DNA of 58,892 nt, from IMG/VR virus record IMGVR_UViG_3300021962_000120, positions 1 to 58,892 of that record; one strand, written 5' to 3'. Below are positions 8,859 to 19,997 of the stretch, piece by piece (position 1 is the first letter of the stretch; each line of letters starts with the position of its first letter). The position numbers and the translations under genes were made by a program. Under the pieces are notes generated by a model. The model ran no database searches. It was given only the letters and a program-made list of their open reading frames with translations, and was not told where the DNA came from. The stretch is from a virus. Its lineage: Duplodnaviria; Caudoviricetes.

Positions 8859-9119
8859 TTGGGTCGCATTTTCAAAACGCCTACGGATGATTCTACCGAG
8901 GCTACGCTTCGTGCGATGCATACCCAAAATACGCTTGACAACTATTATGAAAAAGGTGTAGGATGGCTACGAACCATTCTTTTTGTCGGTATGGCAATAC
9001 TCATTACCAGTTATTGGGAACTACACACAGGTGAATCAGCGTGGGAAAACACAGTAGAATGGGCGTGGGGCAAAGCACAAGACTTCGCAGACTGGCTTTG
9101 GGGGCTTGTAAATGGTTGA
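8859..9119 (+). CDS. Small membrane protein (1 TM, Trp-rich amphipathic tail)
   Basis: TTG start after GGTGA RBS; overlaps the GTPase start. Confidence 0.7.
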   Translation: MGRIFKTPTDDSTEATLRAMHTQNTLDNYYEKGVGWLRTILFVGMAILITSYWELHTGESAWENTVEWAWGKAQDFADWLWGLVNG

Positions 9120-9828
9120 ACCAGCAGGCACGGCGGTTGTCGGTGCGATGGTGTGGGGCAAAGCCATCTTTAATGCGTGGAGGCCACGCAAGGTCGGTAT
9201 TTACGGAGCGGGATTGACGGGTAAAACCACACTTGACCGTTACATGACCACACCGGGCGAAATGGAAGAAATACCCGAAGAGGACAGAACAACACATTTC
9301 AAAATACTTGGACGGCACATGCTTCCTAATCCAACACGAAAGCGTGTATCTTGGAAAGGAGAAAAGCGTGTTGTCTTTTCTGCTGATGTTGGTGGACAAG
9401 AGCGGTTTTGGAATCTGTGGATAGATGATATGGTGGCTCGTCAAGTAGAATGTGTAGTGTACATGTTTGATGACCGGGCTATCAAAGGGGGTGATGAAGC
9501 CCTGCAACAAATTGCTGGCTTCAAATATCTCGTTGATGCTATAACAAACAGACATTATCGTTATCGTAATTTCAAAAGCCGATGGAAGGGCAAAAGATAC
9601 GCTCCTAAACTCGTCATGCTGGTTGCCAATAAAGCCGACCGATTCTTTGATGAAACGGCGGTGATGCTTTGGCAACAAGACCGTATCGGTGAACACAAAA
9701 TCTTTGATGCATTCCGTGATGACCTTATTCGCTTGCAAAAAGCAGGTGTGCCTACTCGTCGCTCGTTTATGGCGACAAGAATTGGGTGGAATGTGGACGC
9801 AACCATGGTAAATCTTTTAACATCGTAG
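9112..9828 (+). CDS. Small GTPase, Ras superfamily (Arf-like)
   Basis: G1 GAGLTGKTT, G3 DVGGQERFWNLW, G4 ANKAD. Confidence 0.88.
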   Translation: MVEPAGTAVVGAMVWGKAIFNAWRPRKVGIYGAGLTGKTTLDRYMTTPGEMEEIPEEDRTTHFKILGRHMLPNPTRKRVSWKGEKRVVFSADVGGQERFWNLWIDDMVARQVECVVYMFDDRAIKGGDEALQQIAGFKYLVDAITNRHYRYRNFKSRWKGKRYAPKLVMLVANKADRFFDETAVMLWQQDRIGEHKIFDAFRDDLIRLQKAGVPTRRSFMATRIGWNVDATMVNLLTS

Positions 9829-9837
9829 GTGGAGAAA

Positions 9838-10008
9838 ATGACAAAAACAACAATAGCATCAGTAGGACAAACCAGTAACAGTGTACGCACCGTTATTCCA
9901 ATGTGGATTGCTGAACTTATGGGACTTGAAAAAGGTGCAAAAATTAAATGGAAATTGATTCGCACAGAAGAAGGCTACGCCGCACAATTTATAGGTGATA
10001 AACAATGA
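9838..10008 (+). CDS. AbrB/MazE/SpoVT-type DNA-binding protein, 56 aa (not in ORF track)
   Basis: MTKTTIASVGQTSNSVRTVIPMWIAELMGLEKGAKIKW...; GGTGGAG RBS; ATGA overlap with the next gene. Confidence 0.75.
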   Translation: MTKTTIASVGQTSNSVRTVIPMWIAELMGLEKGAKIKWKLIRTEEGYAAQFIGDKQ

Positions 10009-10931
10009 TGAACTTTACACGACCTCAACAACGACTTAGCGATGCAAATAATGCTCACTTGTATGCTTTAGCACAACAAGGCAATGCAGGACTTTCTCAT
10101 GCCGCTCTTATGGAACAGGCTACTGCTCAACAACGGATGCAAGCCATGGCTGGTGAAAACAATTTGCAAGTTCCAAAAGTGAACTTTTACCCATCACGCC
10201 ATCCCGACCCACACAAGGCTCGGCGTAAAGACATTAAACAAGCATATTCGTTGTTGATGCCTTCTAAGCGTAATATATTCAATCCAATGCGTACATTTTT
10301 TGGTCGCAAATACCGCTATGACAAACAAACCAATGTGTGTGTTGTGGACGGTTGTGATTGCGCCGTTTTAATTCAATACGACAACTTGTACGCTAAGATT
10401 TGTGATGAAGATACTGGGCGCAGTCTATGGGAAATGTATTGGCAGAACCCAGTAACAGGTGAGGCTGAAGCATTTATCGCAAAAGACAAAGTAACCAATG
10501 GGCGTAAAATGCGTGGCACCTATTGTCCCGAACACCTTCATCTCTACCATTTGCTGTGCAAGTGGGAAGCAGAAGAGGACAAAGTGCGTGAAAATAACCC
10601 ACGCCGCCTTCGTGACCATGTAAAGCGTGGTGTAAGTGTGGTTACCGTTCCTGTAGCCTCCATTACGAAGAAAGACCCAACACCACCCATGCTTGAGAAA
10701 TACGAGCCTTTCTTTGACCAGTTGATGCAAGATTCAAAGAAAACAAAAGGCATCAACATCATTCACTACCAAAACCCTGTAAGTAAACAAAATGATGTTA
10801 CCATGGTAGTGTTTGACTTGCGTATTTTTGAGCATGAATTGCTCATGATGAATCAACCAACGCAGGCTTTCCAAAACATGATGAGTAATCAAAACGCTCT
10901 TGAACAAGAAACGCTTGGATTGGGTGAGTGA
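10005..10931 (+). CDS. Hypothetical protein with Cys/His cluster (possible Zn binding)
   Basis: 308 aa; CVVDGCDC and YCPEHLH. Confidence 0.75.
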   Translation: MMNFTRPQQRLSDANNAHLYALAQQGNAGLSHAALMEQATAQQRMQAMAGENNLQVPKVNFYPSRHPDPHKARRKDIKQAYSLLMPSKRNIFNPMRTFFGRKYRYDKQTNVCVVDGCDCAVLIQYDNLYAKICDEDTGRSLWEMYWQNPVTGEAEAFIAKDKVTNGRKMRGTYCPEHLHLYHLLCKWEAEEDKVRENNPRRLRDHVKRGVSVVTVPVASITKKDPTPPMLEKYEPFFDQLMQDSKKTKGINIIHYQNPVSKQNDVTMVVFDLRIFEHELLMMNQPTQAFQNMMSNQNALEQETLGLGE

Positions 10932-10932
10932 C

Positions 10933-11553
10933 ATGTTGGGACTTGGCGGAAACAATAACCAAATGCCGATGAATAACGGTGCCCTTAACTTGGGCGTATC
11001 GGGTAATCAACAACCGTGGCCTGCACAGCAAAATCCATTCGGTCAAGCCGCCGCTAACCCATTTGTGCAAGGTATGACGGGGGGAGCATCTGCTCAATGG
11101 GCACAACAACCTGTTGCACCACCAAGTGAAATTGAATTGCAAATTATGTTGCTTCGTGGGATTGTACCTGTGGACAGGTTCATTGCCAGCCAACAAATGG
11201 CTACACTGATTCAAATGTTAAACAATCTTGTTAGTTTTAGCGTTCTTGAAGTTATGAAAAACGCAGTGTTCATTGAAGATGGGGATGGTAACCTCAAAAT
11301 GGACATTACCAAGTTGCCTCAGCATCTCCAAACCATGAGTGCTGAAAACATCAAGGCTGAGTTTAATGCCCTGCAAAGCGGGGCACAGCAAAACATCACG
11401 CTTGCTGAGCAAGGACAATCACAAATAGCCGCATATTCGCAACAGAATATGATGAGCGGTGCGCTTTCAGCGGCATTGGCTGATGAAGGTATGATGGAAA
11501 AAATGGGTAGCGGTGTTGGAAGTGTTGCTCGTGGACTTATGGGGTTGAGATGA
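10933..11553 (+). CDS. Hypothetical Q/N-rich protein
   Basis: Probable start ATG 10933 after GGTGA (track start 10900). Confidence 0.7.
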   Translation: MLGLGGNNNQMPMNNGALNLGVSGNQQPWPAQQNPFGQAAANPFVQGMTGGASAQWAQQPVAPPSEIELQIMLLRGIVPVDRFIASQQMATLIQMLNNLVSFSVLEVMKNAVFIEDGDGNLKMDITKLPQHLQTMSAENIKAEFNALQSGAQQNITLAEQGQSQIAAYSQQNMMSGALSAALADEGMMEKMGSGVGSVARGLMGLR

Positions 11554-11795
11554 TGGATAAAAATACAATGATTGGACAATCGTTTGCCGCTACTTCACTG
11601 AATGTGCTTAATCCTCATCGCAGTGTCATTGTGGACATGATAATGGTACAAATCCTTTCTTCCATTATCACACTTACTTTACTCCTTCTTTTCAAAGGCA
11701 ATGAAATTGGTTCAACCAACGCTTCATATCTATTGGTAGGATTATTCGGCTCACTCGTCTTTTTGACCGCTGTTTATTCCCGCATCACCAATTGA
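11550..11795 (+). CDS. Small membrane protein (2 TM, holin-like topology)
   Basis: Two hydrophobic helices in 81 aa; ATGA overlap. Confidence 0.7.
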   Translation: MMDKNTMIGQSFAATSLNVLNPHRSVIVDMIMVQILSSIITLTLLLLFKGNEIGSTNASYLLVGLFGSLVFLTAVYSRITN

Positions 11796-12038
11796 CGGCC
11801 ATTTTCCAATCGGGCATTCCGATGAAAGAAGTGCCACTTTAGTTTTGATGAAACAACCGCATTGTGTACATCGTGGTTGGTCACCTCCAAACGGGCAACT
11901 GTAACAGATTCGGGTACGCTCTTCACGAAGAATCAGTGGTGCTTCTCGCCCCAACGCAATATCTTTCATAGCATTGGTAAGACTCCGAATTGTTTCGTAG
12001 TTTAATGGCACTTTTGCTATCCTTGGCCTTCTTCCCAT
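11751..12038 (-). CDS. Cys-rich viral protein (DUF6171-like)
   Basis: RICYSCP...CTQCGCFIKTK...CPIGKW pattern, recognised from memory. Confidence 0.7.
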   Translation of the reverse strand: MGRRPRIAKVPLNYETIRSLTNAMKDIALGREAPLILREERTRICYSCPFGGDQPRCTQCGCFIKTKVALLSSECPIGKWPSIGDAGINSGQKDE

Positions 12039-12088
12039 ATTGTTGTTTCATTCGGAATCGTTTTTAACTCCTGCTCTTTAACACCGAC

Positions 12089-12766
12089 ATGGCGGGGGAG
12101 CGGGTAGTCAAGCGTTCTTGCGCTTTTTGTATTTCCGAAGAGCGGGCTTCGCTTGAAGAGCAAATGCTTCAAGGGTATATTTCGGCTCGCCAGTTGGACA
12201 AAGACATGGGGTGGCGAAGTAACACCGCAGACCGTCATTACCGTAATCACATGGGGGATTATCACATGGCCGCAAACACCGATTGTGCTCTTTGTGTAAC
12301 TCCTATGCGAAGCGATTACGAGCGTGCGTACTTTGAAGATGGAAGTGTAAGTGAACATATTGCTCAAGAGATGGGTATTTCCGAGGACAATGTGTACCAC
12401 CACATGCGACACCACTTTCAGCCCCTCGTGCAAAAGTCTGCCGCTATTGAAGTTGCACTTACGGCTGGTAGTGAAATCGCTCTTCTTCGCTCAAACGCTG
12501 AGAAATTAAATCACAAACTTAGTGAGTTGTTGGACGAAGGCACAGTTCATGAAGATGGATTCGTGCGGGATGCGGTGGCTTTGCATAAAGAAGTGCGTGA
12601 AACTGTCAAAGACCTTTTGCGCTTCCAAGACCAATGGGGTGCTAAGAGTGACGGCCAACAAGTCAATCAAACATTCAACATTTTGCAAGTAGAGTTGGGC
12701 AAAGAAAGCCCCGACACATGGATGCGAATTAAGCGGCAATTGCAAGAAAACATGGGGGTTGAATAA
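12089..12766 (+). CDS. Tandem Zn-finger/HTH DNA-binding protein; candidate terminase small subunit
   Basis: Two CxxC...HxxxH repeats with HTH-like interiors, followed by helices; heads the operon leading to terL. Confidence 0.55.
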   Translation: MAGERVVKRSCAFCISEERASLEEQMLQGYISARQLDKDMGWRSNTADRHYRNHMGDYHMAANTDCALCVTPMRSDYERAYFEDGSVSEHIAQEMGISEDNVYHHMRHHFQPLVQKSAAIEVALTAGSEIALLRSNAEKLNHKLSELLDEGTVHEDGFVRDAVALHKEVRETVKDLLRFQDQWGAKSDGQQVNQTFNILQVELGKESPDTWMRIKRQLQENMGVE

Positions 12767-14886
12767 TGCCAATGATGGGTCGTGGCTCCGATACTCGCAT
12801 GTACTCGCCTCGTAGCGAGTCGGACAAAATGTACTCCTCGGCTAACGAGGACGAGGACAAGTACAGCCCTGCCGACCCGGAGTACAATGAGCAAAAGCGT
12901 GAAGAAAAGAAACGCATGGCTGAGGAGAAAAAAGCCAAGCGTGCAAAAGTCAAGCACATCAAAATCCGTGCCACACAAGGATTAAGCGGAGAAGAGTCTC
13001 CATCTCCGCTGGATGACGGTAACAAGCGTGATGATGAGCGTGAAATTGGTTTGGCTGGTGGCCCTGCTGGAAGTCGTGGTACACTTCTTGACCTCGCTAC
13101 TGGGGCAAAAAGCGGAACAGGCTCAGCCATGAGTCCCGGCCTCCCAATTGCCATGAGCGAGCCGATGGAAGATGCTTGGAGTACATTGTTGAAAGAAGAT
13201 GAAGAGCCACATTCATTTAATTTAAACGAAGTGTTCAAAACTCCTAATCACGAGTGGTACGACCAAATTATGGGTATGGAAACTCCAATGGTGCAGAACT
13301 TGGTCAATAGCGGAATAATGAATGCAATGGGCTATAAAAACCACCTCTATGGAGATGCAGAAACAATAAGTGGTATGCACGAAGATGAACTTGACCCACA
13401 GGATTCAATGGACATGATAATGGAACATCGCAATTCTTTGTTGGTTTTGGATGCAATAATGCGAGGTAAAGAGCATACTATACCACAGCAATTCCGTGAT
13501 TATCACAAAAATGCGGATATGACAAGGATGCTCAGTGGTATGCCACCACATGCACAAATAGCCGCAAACTTAGCAGGTTTGTACACCAATTTGAATTATC
13601 TCGGACAACTCATTGGCCCTCAAATGGGCGAACCCGATGATGATTTTAGGACAAAGAATGCCAGCGAGCCGATGGAGGATGCTTGGAGTTCGTTGCTCAA
13701 GCAAGACGACCATGTACACGATGTTGGTGATGGTTCGGATAAAGACGCTCAACGGTATTTTGACGAAGAAGTAAAACCCGTGGTCATGAATCCCGACACT
13801 CCAAGACCATACGCAATGTTGGATAACGGTGTATTGGAATCAAAAATAGAAAGAATGATAATGAGACTTGAACCAATGGACGAAGAAATACTCAATGAGT
13901 ACAATTACCGAATGGTTGAAAATGACCTTGATGCACAAGGTAGCCCTGTAACTGATGCGGGATATGACCGTACTTTCCAAGATGTTTTTAGAAGTGAGCC
14001 GATGGAGGATGCTTGGAGTTCGTTGCTCAAGCGTGAAACTGAACGCACTATTGCAGGGCGACGGCGGCGTGAGGCTCGTCAAGAGTTTCGCCCATCTACG
14101 GGTCAATTCAAAACGCCACCGGGCGGTATGAGCGGTGGGGCTGGTGCGACGATGCGCCGCTTCAAAGCGCAAATGCGTGGTATCAAAAGCGGCAAAAAGA
14201 CGGGACTGATGAAACCACATTTGGCTGTGGAAATGAGTCACCGTGGTATTCAAACTAAACAACCGCTGTCTAAAGACCCGCAAAAGTACACGCAGTACAA
14301 AGGCCAATCCGAGGCTCGTAAAATCATGGGTGGTGTACGCACTCCGTTTTCACCGCACGCACGATACGGTGCCCGCTCCAACTACGCTGGCCCAACGGGT
14401 GCTGGCCGTATTGGAGGATTGATGCCCGGACAGCGTGGACAAATGAGCCAACCTTCATTGCGTCCTATGCGTGTACGCCAACCTCGTATGCCAAGTATGC
14501 GCCCTCCTATGCCTCCTACACCACCTATGATGCCGCCGATGCAATCCAGTGTACCCAGTGTACCCAGTATGCCCGCTCCTCCATCCAGCATTATGATGAG
14601 TGAAGAGCGATACCAAAGCGAATTGTTGAAGGCTCGCAACACGCTTCATCGTATTGAATTGCTTAACCTTATGCGACGGTTAATTCAAGCCAAAGAGCGT
14701 GAGGCTAAACTGAAGAAGTCCGAAGGTATCAAGCCCAACAGCGGCCATTTGCCACCCCACCCTGCTGGTGTTGAGCCAAGCGATGATGATGACCCCGATG
14801 GGCCAACCGAGAACCTTGAGACAGATGCCAAAACTTTTGGGCTTGACCCAGTGGGTATCATCAACAGCCGAAGGGGGCATATGTGA
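12766..14886 (+). CDS. Putative cargo polyprotein with three SEPMEDAWS[ST]LLK linkers
   Basis: 706 aa; two acidic modules then a basic R/K/P-rich module. Confidence 0.8.
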   Translation: MPMMGRGSDTRMYSPRSESDKMYSSANEDEDKYSPADPEYNEQKREEKKRMAEEKKAKRAKVKHIKIRATQGLSGEESPSPLDDGNKRDDEREIGLAGGPAGSRGTLLDLATGAKSGTGSAMSPGLPIAMSEPMEDAWSTLLKEDEEPHSFNLNEVFKTPNHEWYDQIMGMETPMVQNLVNSGIMNAMGYKNHLYGDAETISGMHEDELDPQDSMDMIMEHRNSLLVLDAIMRGKEHTIPQQFRDYHKNADMTRMLSGMPPHAQIAANLAGLYTNLNYLGQLIGPQMGEPDDDFRTKNASEPMEDAWSSLLKQDDHVHDVGDGSDKDAQRYFDEEVKPVVMNPDTPRPYAMLDNGVLESKIERMIMRLEPMDEEILNEYNYRMVENDLDAQGSPVTDAGYDRTFQDVFRSEPMEDAWSSLLKRETERTIAGRRRREARQEFRPSTGQFKTPPGGMSGGAGATMRRFKAQMRGIKSGKKTGLMKPHLAVEMSHRGIQTKQPLSKDPQKYTQYKGQSEARKIMGGVRTPFSPHARYGARSNYAGPTGAGRIGGLMPGQRGQMSQPSLRPMRVRQPRMPSMRPPMPPTPPMMPPMQSSVPSVPSMPAPPSSIMMSEERYQSELLKARNTLHRIELLNLMRRLIQAKEREAKLKKSEGIKPNSGHLPPHPAGVEPSDDDDPDGPTENLETDAKTFGLDPVGIINSRRGHM
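13156..14032 (+). repeat. Three dispersed in-frame ~37-bp direct repeats
   Basis: gagccgatggaggatgcttggagttcgttgctcaagc is identical at 13666-13702 and 13996-14032; variant at 13156-13194. Confidence 0.95.
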
Positions 14887-16846
14887 TGTTGATTCGTGTG
14901 GGTCACCCTCTCATCAAGGCGTGGAGTCTTGTGGGGCACGGGCCAGCAGGCCCGCAGATTTTCCGCAACCCCCCACCGCAGGCCTTCCGCCCCGAAAATG
15001 AAGATGACCTCCCTGCTTTTGCTCATGATGGTGTGGGAAATGTTTTGCCCGGTCAATGGAGTATTGGAGAACACGGTCAAAAAGTGTATCAAACCGACCA
15101 TGGTGATTTTCACCACGGCATTGATGCAGTGGTAAAGCATCTTGGTGATTTTTTGCGAGCAAGAGGCTTAAACTACGACCCTGTGGAAATTGTAAACCAC
15201 GCCATCAACGAGTTTAACGATACGCACACCAACGCTGACCAGCATGAGTTGGCTAATTTCCATTCCCCCGAATGGCGCAAGATTCGTGGTAATGCTCTTG
15301 CCCCCGGTGATGCTACACGAGACATAACCACTCGCCCTGCCCGCACACAAGGTGGAACAAAAATTACCATGCTTACCAACAAAAATCACGAGCAAACGCC
15401 CGTTGGTCGTTTTCTTGAATCGTATTACATTCCATTCAACAAACAATTGATGCACACTTTAGAAGATATTGGCATTCCTCAAGCCGAAATCAAGCAAGCA
15501 CTTCCTTTCACCAAATACCCGTACTTGTATGCCCACTTGTCGGCTCCACAGGGCTATTTACGCTCGTATGCCAAACAACACGGGTCGGAAATTGACGAGG
15601 CAATGATGGGTAACGCTCCCGAAGGATATTTTGGAGACACCGAGGCTGTACGCACTTGGGAGGTCTTGCACCACCTTCCCGACGCTTTCTTTTATCCCAA
15701 TGTCAAAGAAAACATGCAAAAGAAGGGTAAGCAACCCACGGGATTGTACCAAGCCGCTCATTCCATGATTGACAAAGCCTTGCAACAGGGGATTGAACAT
15801 ATTCCCAATGTCAATGTCACCATCAATACCGGAACGCTTGGTAGCCCGCAGATGATTAACCGACCACTTCACGAGATTCTTCAAACACCCGATTTGCGAG
15901 AGGCTTTGGTCAAAGATATGGCGAATGTGCCTGCTATGATGTTCCTGTTTGGTCGCAGTGGACAAGGTGACTTCAAGCGACTGTATGACCATATGATGGA
16001 AAAATACGGTGCAACTGAAGATATGCTTTCAGCGAGTGAGCAAGCCAAGTATCTTTCTGCTGGTGAAAAAGGTGGCAAGGGTATGCACGAATCGGCTAAA
16101 CGCATGTTTGCTCTTGCCCGTGCATCGGGTGAAGGTAGTGAAGAAGGGCGTAGCCGATTTGGTGAGCATCCCATTTCAGCCGATGAGTTGCAAGCCATGG
16201 GGGTGTACCACAGTGACAACCTCATGAATCAAGTTGACCGTTTTCGCACTGTTCTTGAGGCACTGGCCGACCATCAAGCCAGTGCACAAGGTCACAAAGT
16301 TAAGCGAGGTATTGGTGACATTCCTACCACCGCTCGCCCTGCCATGAGCATTGGTGGTTATCCACAAATGAATGCTGAAACAGGTGAATACTCCATGTCA
16401 CCTCTTGACCCCCACATGGATGCGTATATTCACGACATCCATGACTTTGCACCAACACAGGGCTTTGACCCTACCCTTACACAGTCGCCCGGACAGCAGG
16501 TTCTTTCTTCACCTGTTCCACCCGTACCATCTCCTGCGGGTTCTCTTCCGGCTACACCTTCGGCTCCTGTCCGGGCGGCACCTTCTTCTTTCCCACACAC
16601 CCCACGGCAACAGTTCCAACAGTTGCGACCGCAAATTGGGCAACTTGACCCCATGCAGTTCCGTCAACTGCTTGAACAATCGGGCCGTCGCAGACCCATG
16701 CCGATGAGCGATGCACCGCTTTCTCCCATGGAAGCGGCGGCACAGCGACTCATGGCTGACCCACAACAATCTCTTCTCAGCGAGTATTACAAGTCCATGG
16801 ACAAAGCCATGGATGATGTCATGCAAATTATAAAAGGTGGACGACG

Positions 16847-16850
<4 letters not shown>
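14883..16850 (+). CDS. Hypothetical protein, probable internal head protein
   Basis: 655 aa; N-terminal PLIKA; C-terminal KSMDKAMDDVMQIIKG resembles a degenerate linker. Confidence 0.75.
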
Positions 16851-17875
<1,025 letters not shown>

Positions 17876-17879
17876 TACC

Positions 17880-19364
17880 GTGAGCGACATGGAGGAGTTT
17901 ATTCACGACATGGACAGGAAGATGTCTGCAAAGTCGTTTGAATACTTCTTCAAGGAAATCTTGGGCTTTGACTACTCCAACCACCACAGGTCGTGGGATG
18001 AAGGATTGGCAAACAACCGCTATTACTGCGTGAAAGCAAGTCGTGACCATGGCAAGTCTGTGTTCTTCATGTCTTACGCTTTGTGGATTGCGGCTTTCCA
18101 GCCGGGAAAGCACATCATGATTTTCTCGCACTCGTTGGAACAGACGCTTGAACACATGCGTTTTATTCGTCAAAACATTGAGAGCACGCCTTCCATTCGC
18201 TACCTCATTCCCGAAGGCCGACCTTGGCGAAAGACCTACTTTGAGTTCAGCAACGGTAGCCGTATCATGGCTAAGTCGGTGGGTGGTGGTACTCGTGGTT
18301 TCCACCCGAATGTTGTGTTGTGTGACGACATTCTGTGGGGTACAACGGGTACTGAACTTCAGCGTGCCGCAGACTGGTTTTACGGTGTCCTGCTTCCTGT
18401 TCTTCACCATTCGGGTCGTCTTATGATGGTGGGTACGCCGTTTTCGTACAACGACTTGTATTCGCAGTTGGAGCAGACCGAGACATTCCAAGTGGAGACA
18501 TACCCCGCCATCAACAAAGAAGGTGAAGCCCTGTGGCCGGAGCGATGGGATATAGAATCGCTTGACCAACGGAGACTTACCATGCCTGCTATCCAATTTT
18601 CCCGTGAATATCTATGCGAGCCTATTCACGATGTTGCCAGTATGTTTCCTCACAACATTTTAGAAAAAGCCCGCAACACTGACCTTGTGTTGATTGATAA
18701 GGCTGAAATGGAGTATGATGAAGAAGGTGAAGTAATAGGAGTGTTTGGCCAGCATTTTATTGGGTGGGACACCGCTATTGCATCGGACAAGAACGCTGAC
18801 TTTACCGCTATGACGGTTATGCGTATGCTACCGAATGAGGATGTCAAGCAAGTTGTTGGTATTGTACACGAGCGTGGTATGTCGGGGCTGGCACAGAAAA
18901 ATCAAATCATGATGCTCAATAACCGTTTTCAGCCCGAACTTATTGAATTAGAAGGCAACAACTTCCAGCGAATGTTTGAGGCTGAATTGATTGAAATGCG
19001 CCAAGACATTCCAATCAAGACTTTTATGACAACACGCACACGCAAGGAAAGCCTGTTCATGTCTCTCTTGATGGCCTTTGAGCAGGGCCGCATCCAAACT
19101 CCATACGGCGATAAGCGAAGCCGTGAGTTTACTCACAAATTAGAGACTGAACTCAACCGCTTTGGTATGCAAAAGAACGGTCGCTTGGAAAGCGTGGGTA
19201 CGCACGACGACTTAGCCATGTCACTTGCACTGGCTAATTGGGCCACTAAGGAGTTCAAAGGTGCTGTAGTTCTGCTTGACGATTTACTACCCGGTTTTGA
19301 TGAGTGGCTTCGTGACAAACCTCATCGCAATGATAATCCTGCTGATGGGTGGATGATTCCGTGA
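17880..19364 (+). CDS. terL: Terminase large subunit
   Basis: Walker A ASRDHGKS, Walker B VVLCDD, motif III VGTP, nuclease FIGWD and HDDLAMS. Confidence 0.95.
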   Translation: MSDMEEFIHDMDRKMSAKSFEYFFKEILGFDYSNHHRSWDEGLANNRYYCVKASRDHGKSVFFMSYALWIAAFQPGKHIMIFSHSLEQTLEHMRFIRQNIESTPSIRYLIPEGRPWRKTYFEFSNGSRIMAKSVGGGTRGFHPNVVLCDDILWGTTGTELQRAADWFYGVLLPVLHHSGRLMMVGTPFSYNDLYSQLEQTETFQVETYPAINKEGEALWPERWDIESLDQRRLTMPAIQFSREYLCEPIHDVASMFPHNILEKARNTDLVLIDKAEMEYDEEGEVIGVFGQHFIGWDTAIASDKNADFTAMTVMRMLPNEDVKQVVGIVHERGMSGLAQKNQIMMLNNRFQPELIELEGNNFQRMFEAELIEMRQDIPIKTFMTTRTRKESLFMSLLMAFEQGRIQTPYGDKRSREFTHKLETELNRFGMQKNGRLESVGTHDDLAMSLALANWATKEFKGAVVLLDDLLPGFDEWLRDKPHRNDNPADGWMIP

Positions 19365-19393
19365 TATTTCCGTTTAATGACTGGGGGTTTTGA

Positions 19394-19576
19394 ATGAACG
19401 GTTGCGAATGTGGTCACTGTGTTGGAATGGGCATCGCTTGGGATGCCCTCCAAAAGAAACTGTGTCCCGAAGGTAAAGCCGCCGCTAAACGGAAGTTCAA
19501 GGTGTACCCGTCTGCATACGCCAACGGTTGGGCTGTTCAATACTGTAAGGGTAAGTTTAGGGGGAAAAAGAAATGA
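19394..19576 (+). CDS. Small basic protein with YPSAYA motif and leader-like MGIAWDALQK
   Basis: KRKFKVYPSAYANGW recalls a common marine viral family. Confidence 0.7.
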   Translation: MNGCECGHCVGMGIAWDALQKKLCPEGKAAAKRKFKVYPSAYANGWAVQYCKGKFRGKKK

Positions 19577-19797
19577 AACCCTTTGATACTGCATGGCAGA
19601 TTTTGAAATCTGCTCTTCAGTACAGAGAAAATCCGTTTTATCCAGTTTATGGAGAAAGATGTCCAAAATGCGGTGGGCCGTTGTATTATCAAAAAGGTAG
19701 TGAAACAAAAGTTTGTGGTAACTTTGAATGTGGAAATGTAGTATATCCACAAGCACCACAAGAACCAGTTAATCCTTTTGCGGCGGTGAAAACATGA
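19573..19797 (+). CDS. Zn-ribbon protein with N-terminal linker motif (MKPFDTAWQILK)
   Basis: CPKC...CGNFEC; ATGA overlaps on both sides. Confidence 0.75.
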   Translation: MKPFDTAWQILKSALQYRENPFYPVYGERCPKCGGPLYYQKGSETKVCGNFECGNVVYPQAPQEPVNPFAAVKT

Positions 19798-19997
19798 TGG
19801 ACTTTGATTATGTCATGGCTTTTCTCAAAGCAAAGCGTGATGCTCCTAACTACCGTGAGGCTACGGACAAGGAGATGAAGGCAAAGAAAAACTGTGGTAC
19901 ATGCAAAGCGTGGGACACAAAAACTGGTTACTGCAAGTGGTATGATTTCACCTGTAAGGCAGACCACATTTGCGATGCGTGGGTGAGGAAAGAATGA
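19794..19997 (+). CDS. Small Cys-rich protein with HiPIP-like spacing and leader MDFDYVMAFLK
   Basis: Y...CGTC..W...C...CDAW. Confidence 0.65.
   Translation: MMDFDYVMAFLKAKRDAPNYREATDKEMKAKKNCGTCKAWDTKTGYCKWYDFTCKADHICDAWVRKE

Noticed and set aside
6129-14032. CRISPR array interpretation of the 37-39 bp repeats
   Set aside because: Spacers are about 290-470 bp, in frame and protein-coding; the repeats are not palindromic; no cas genes are present.
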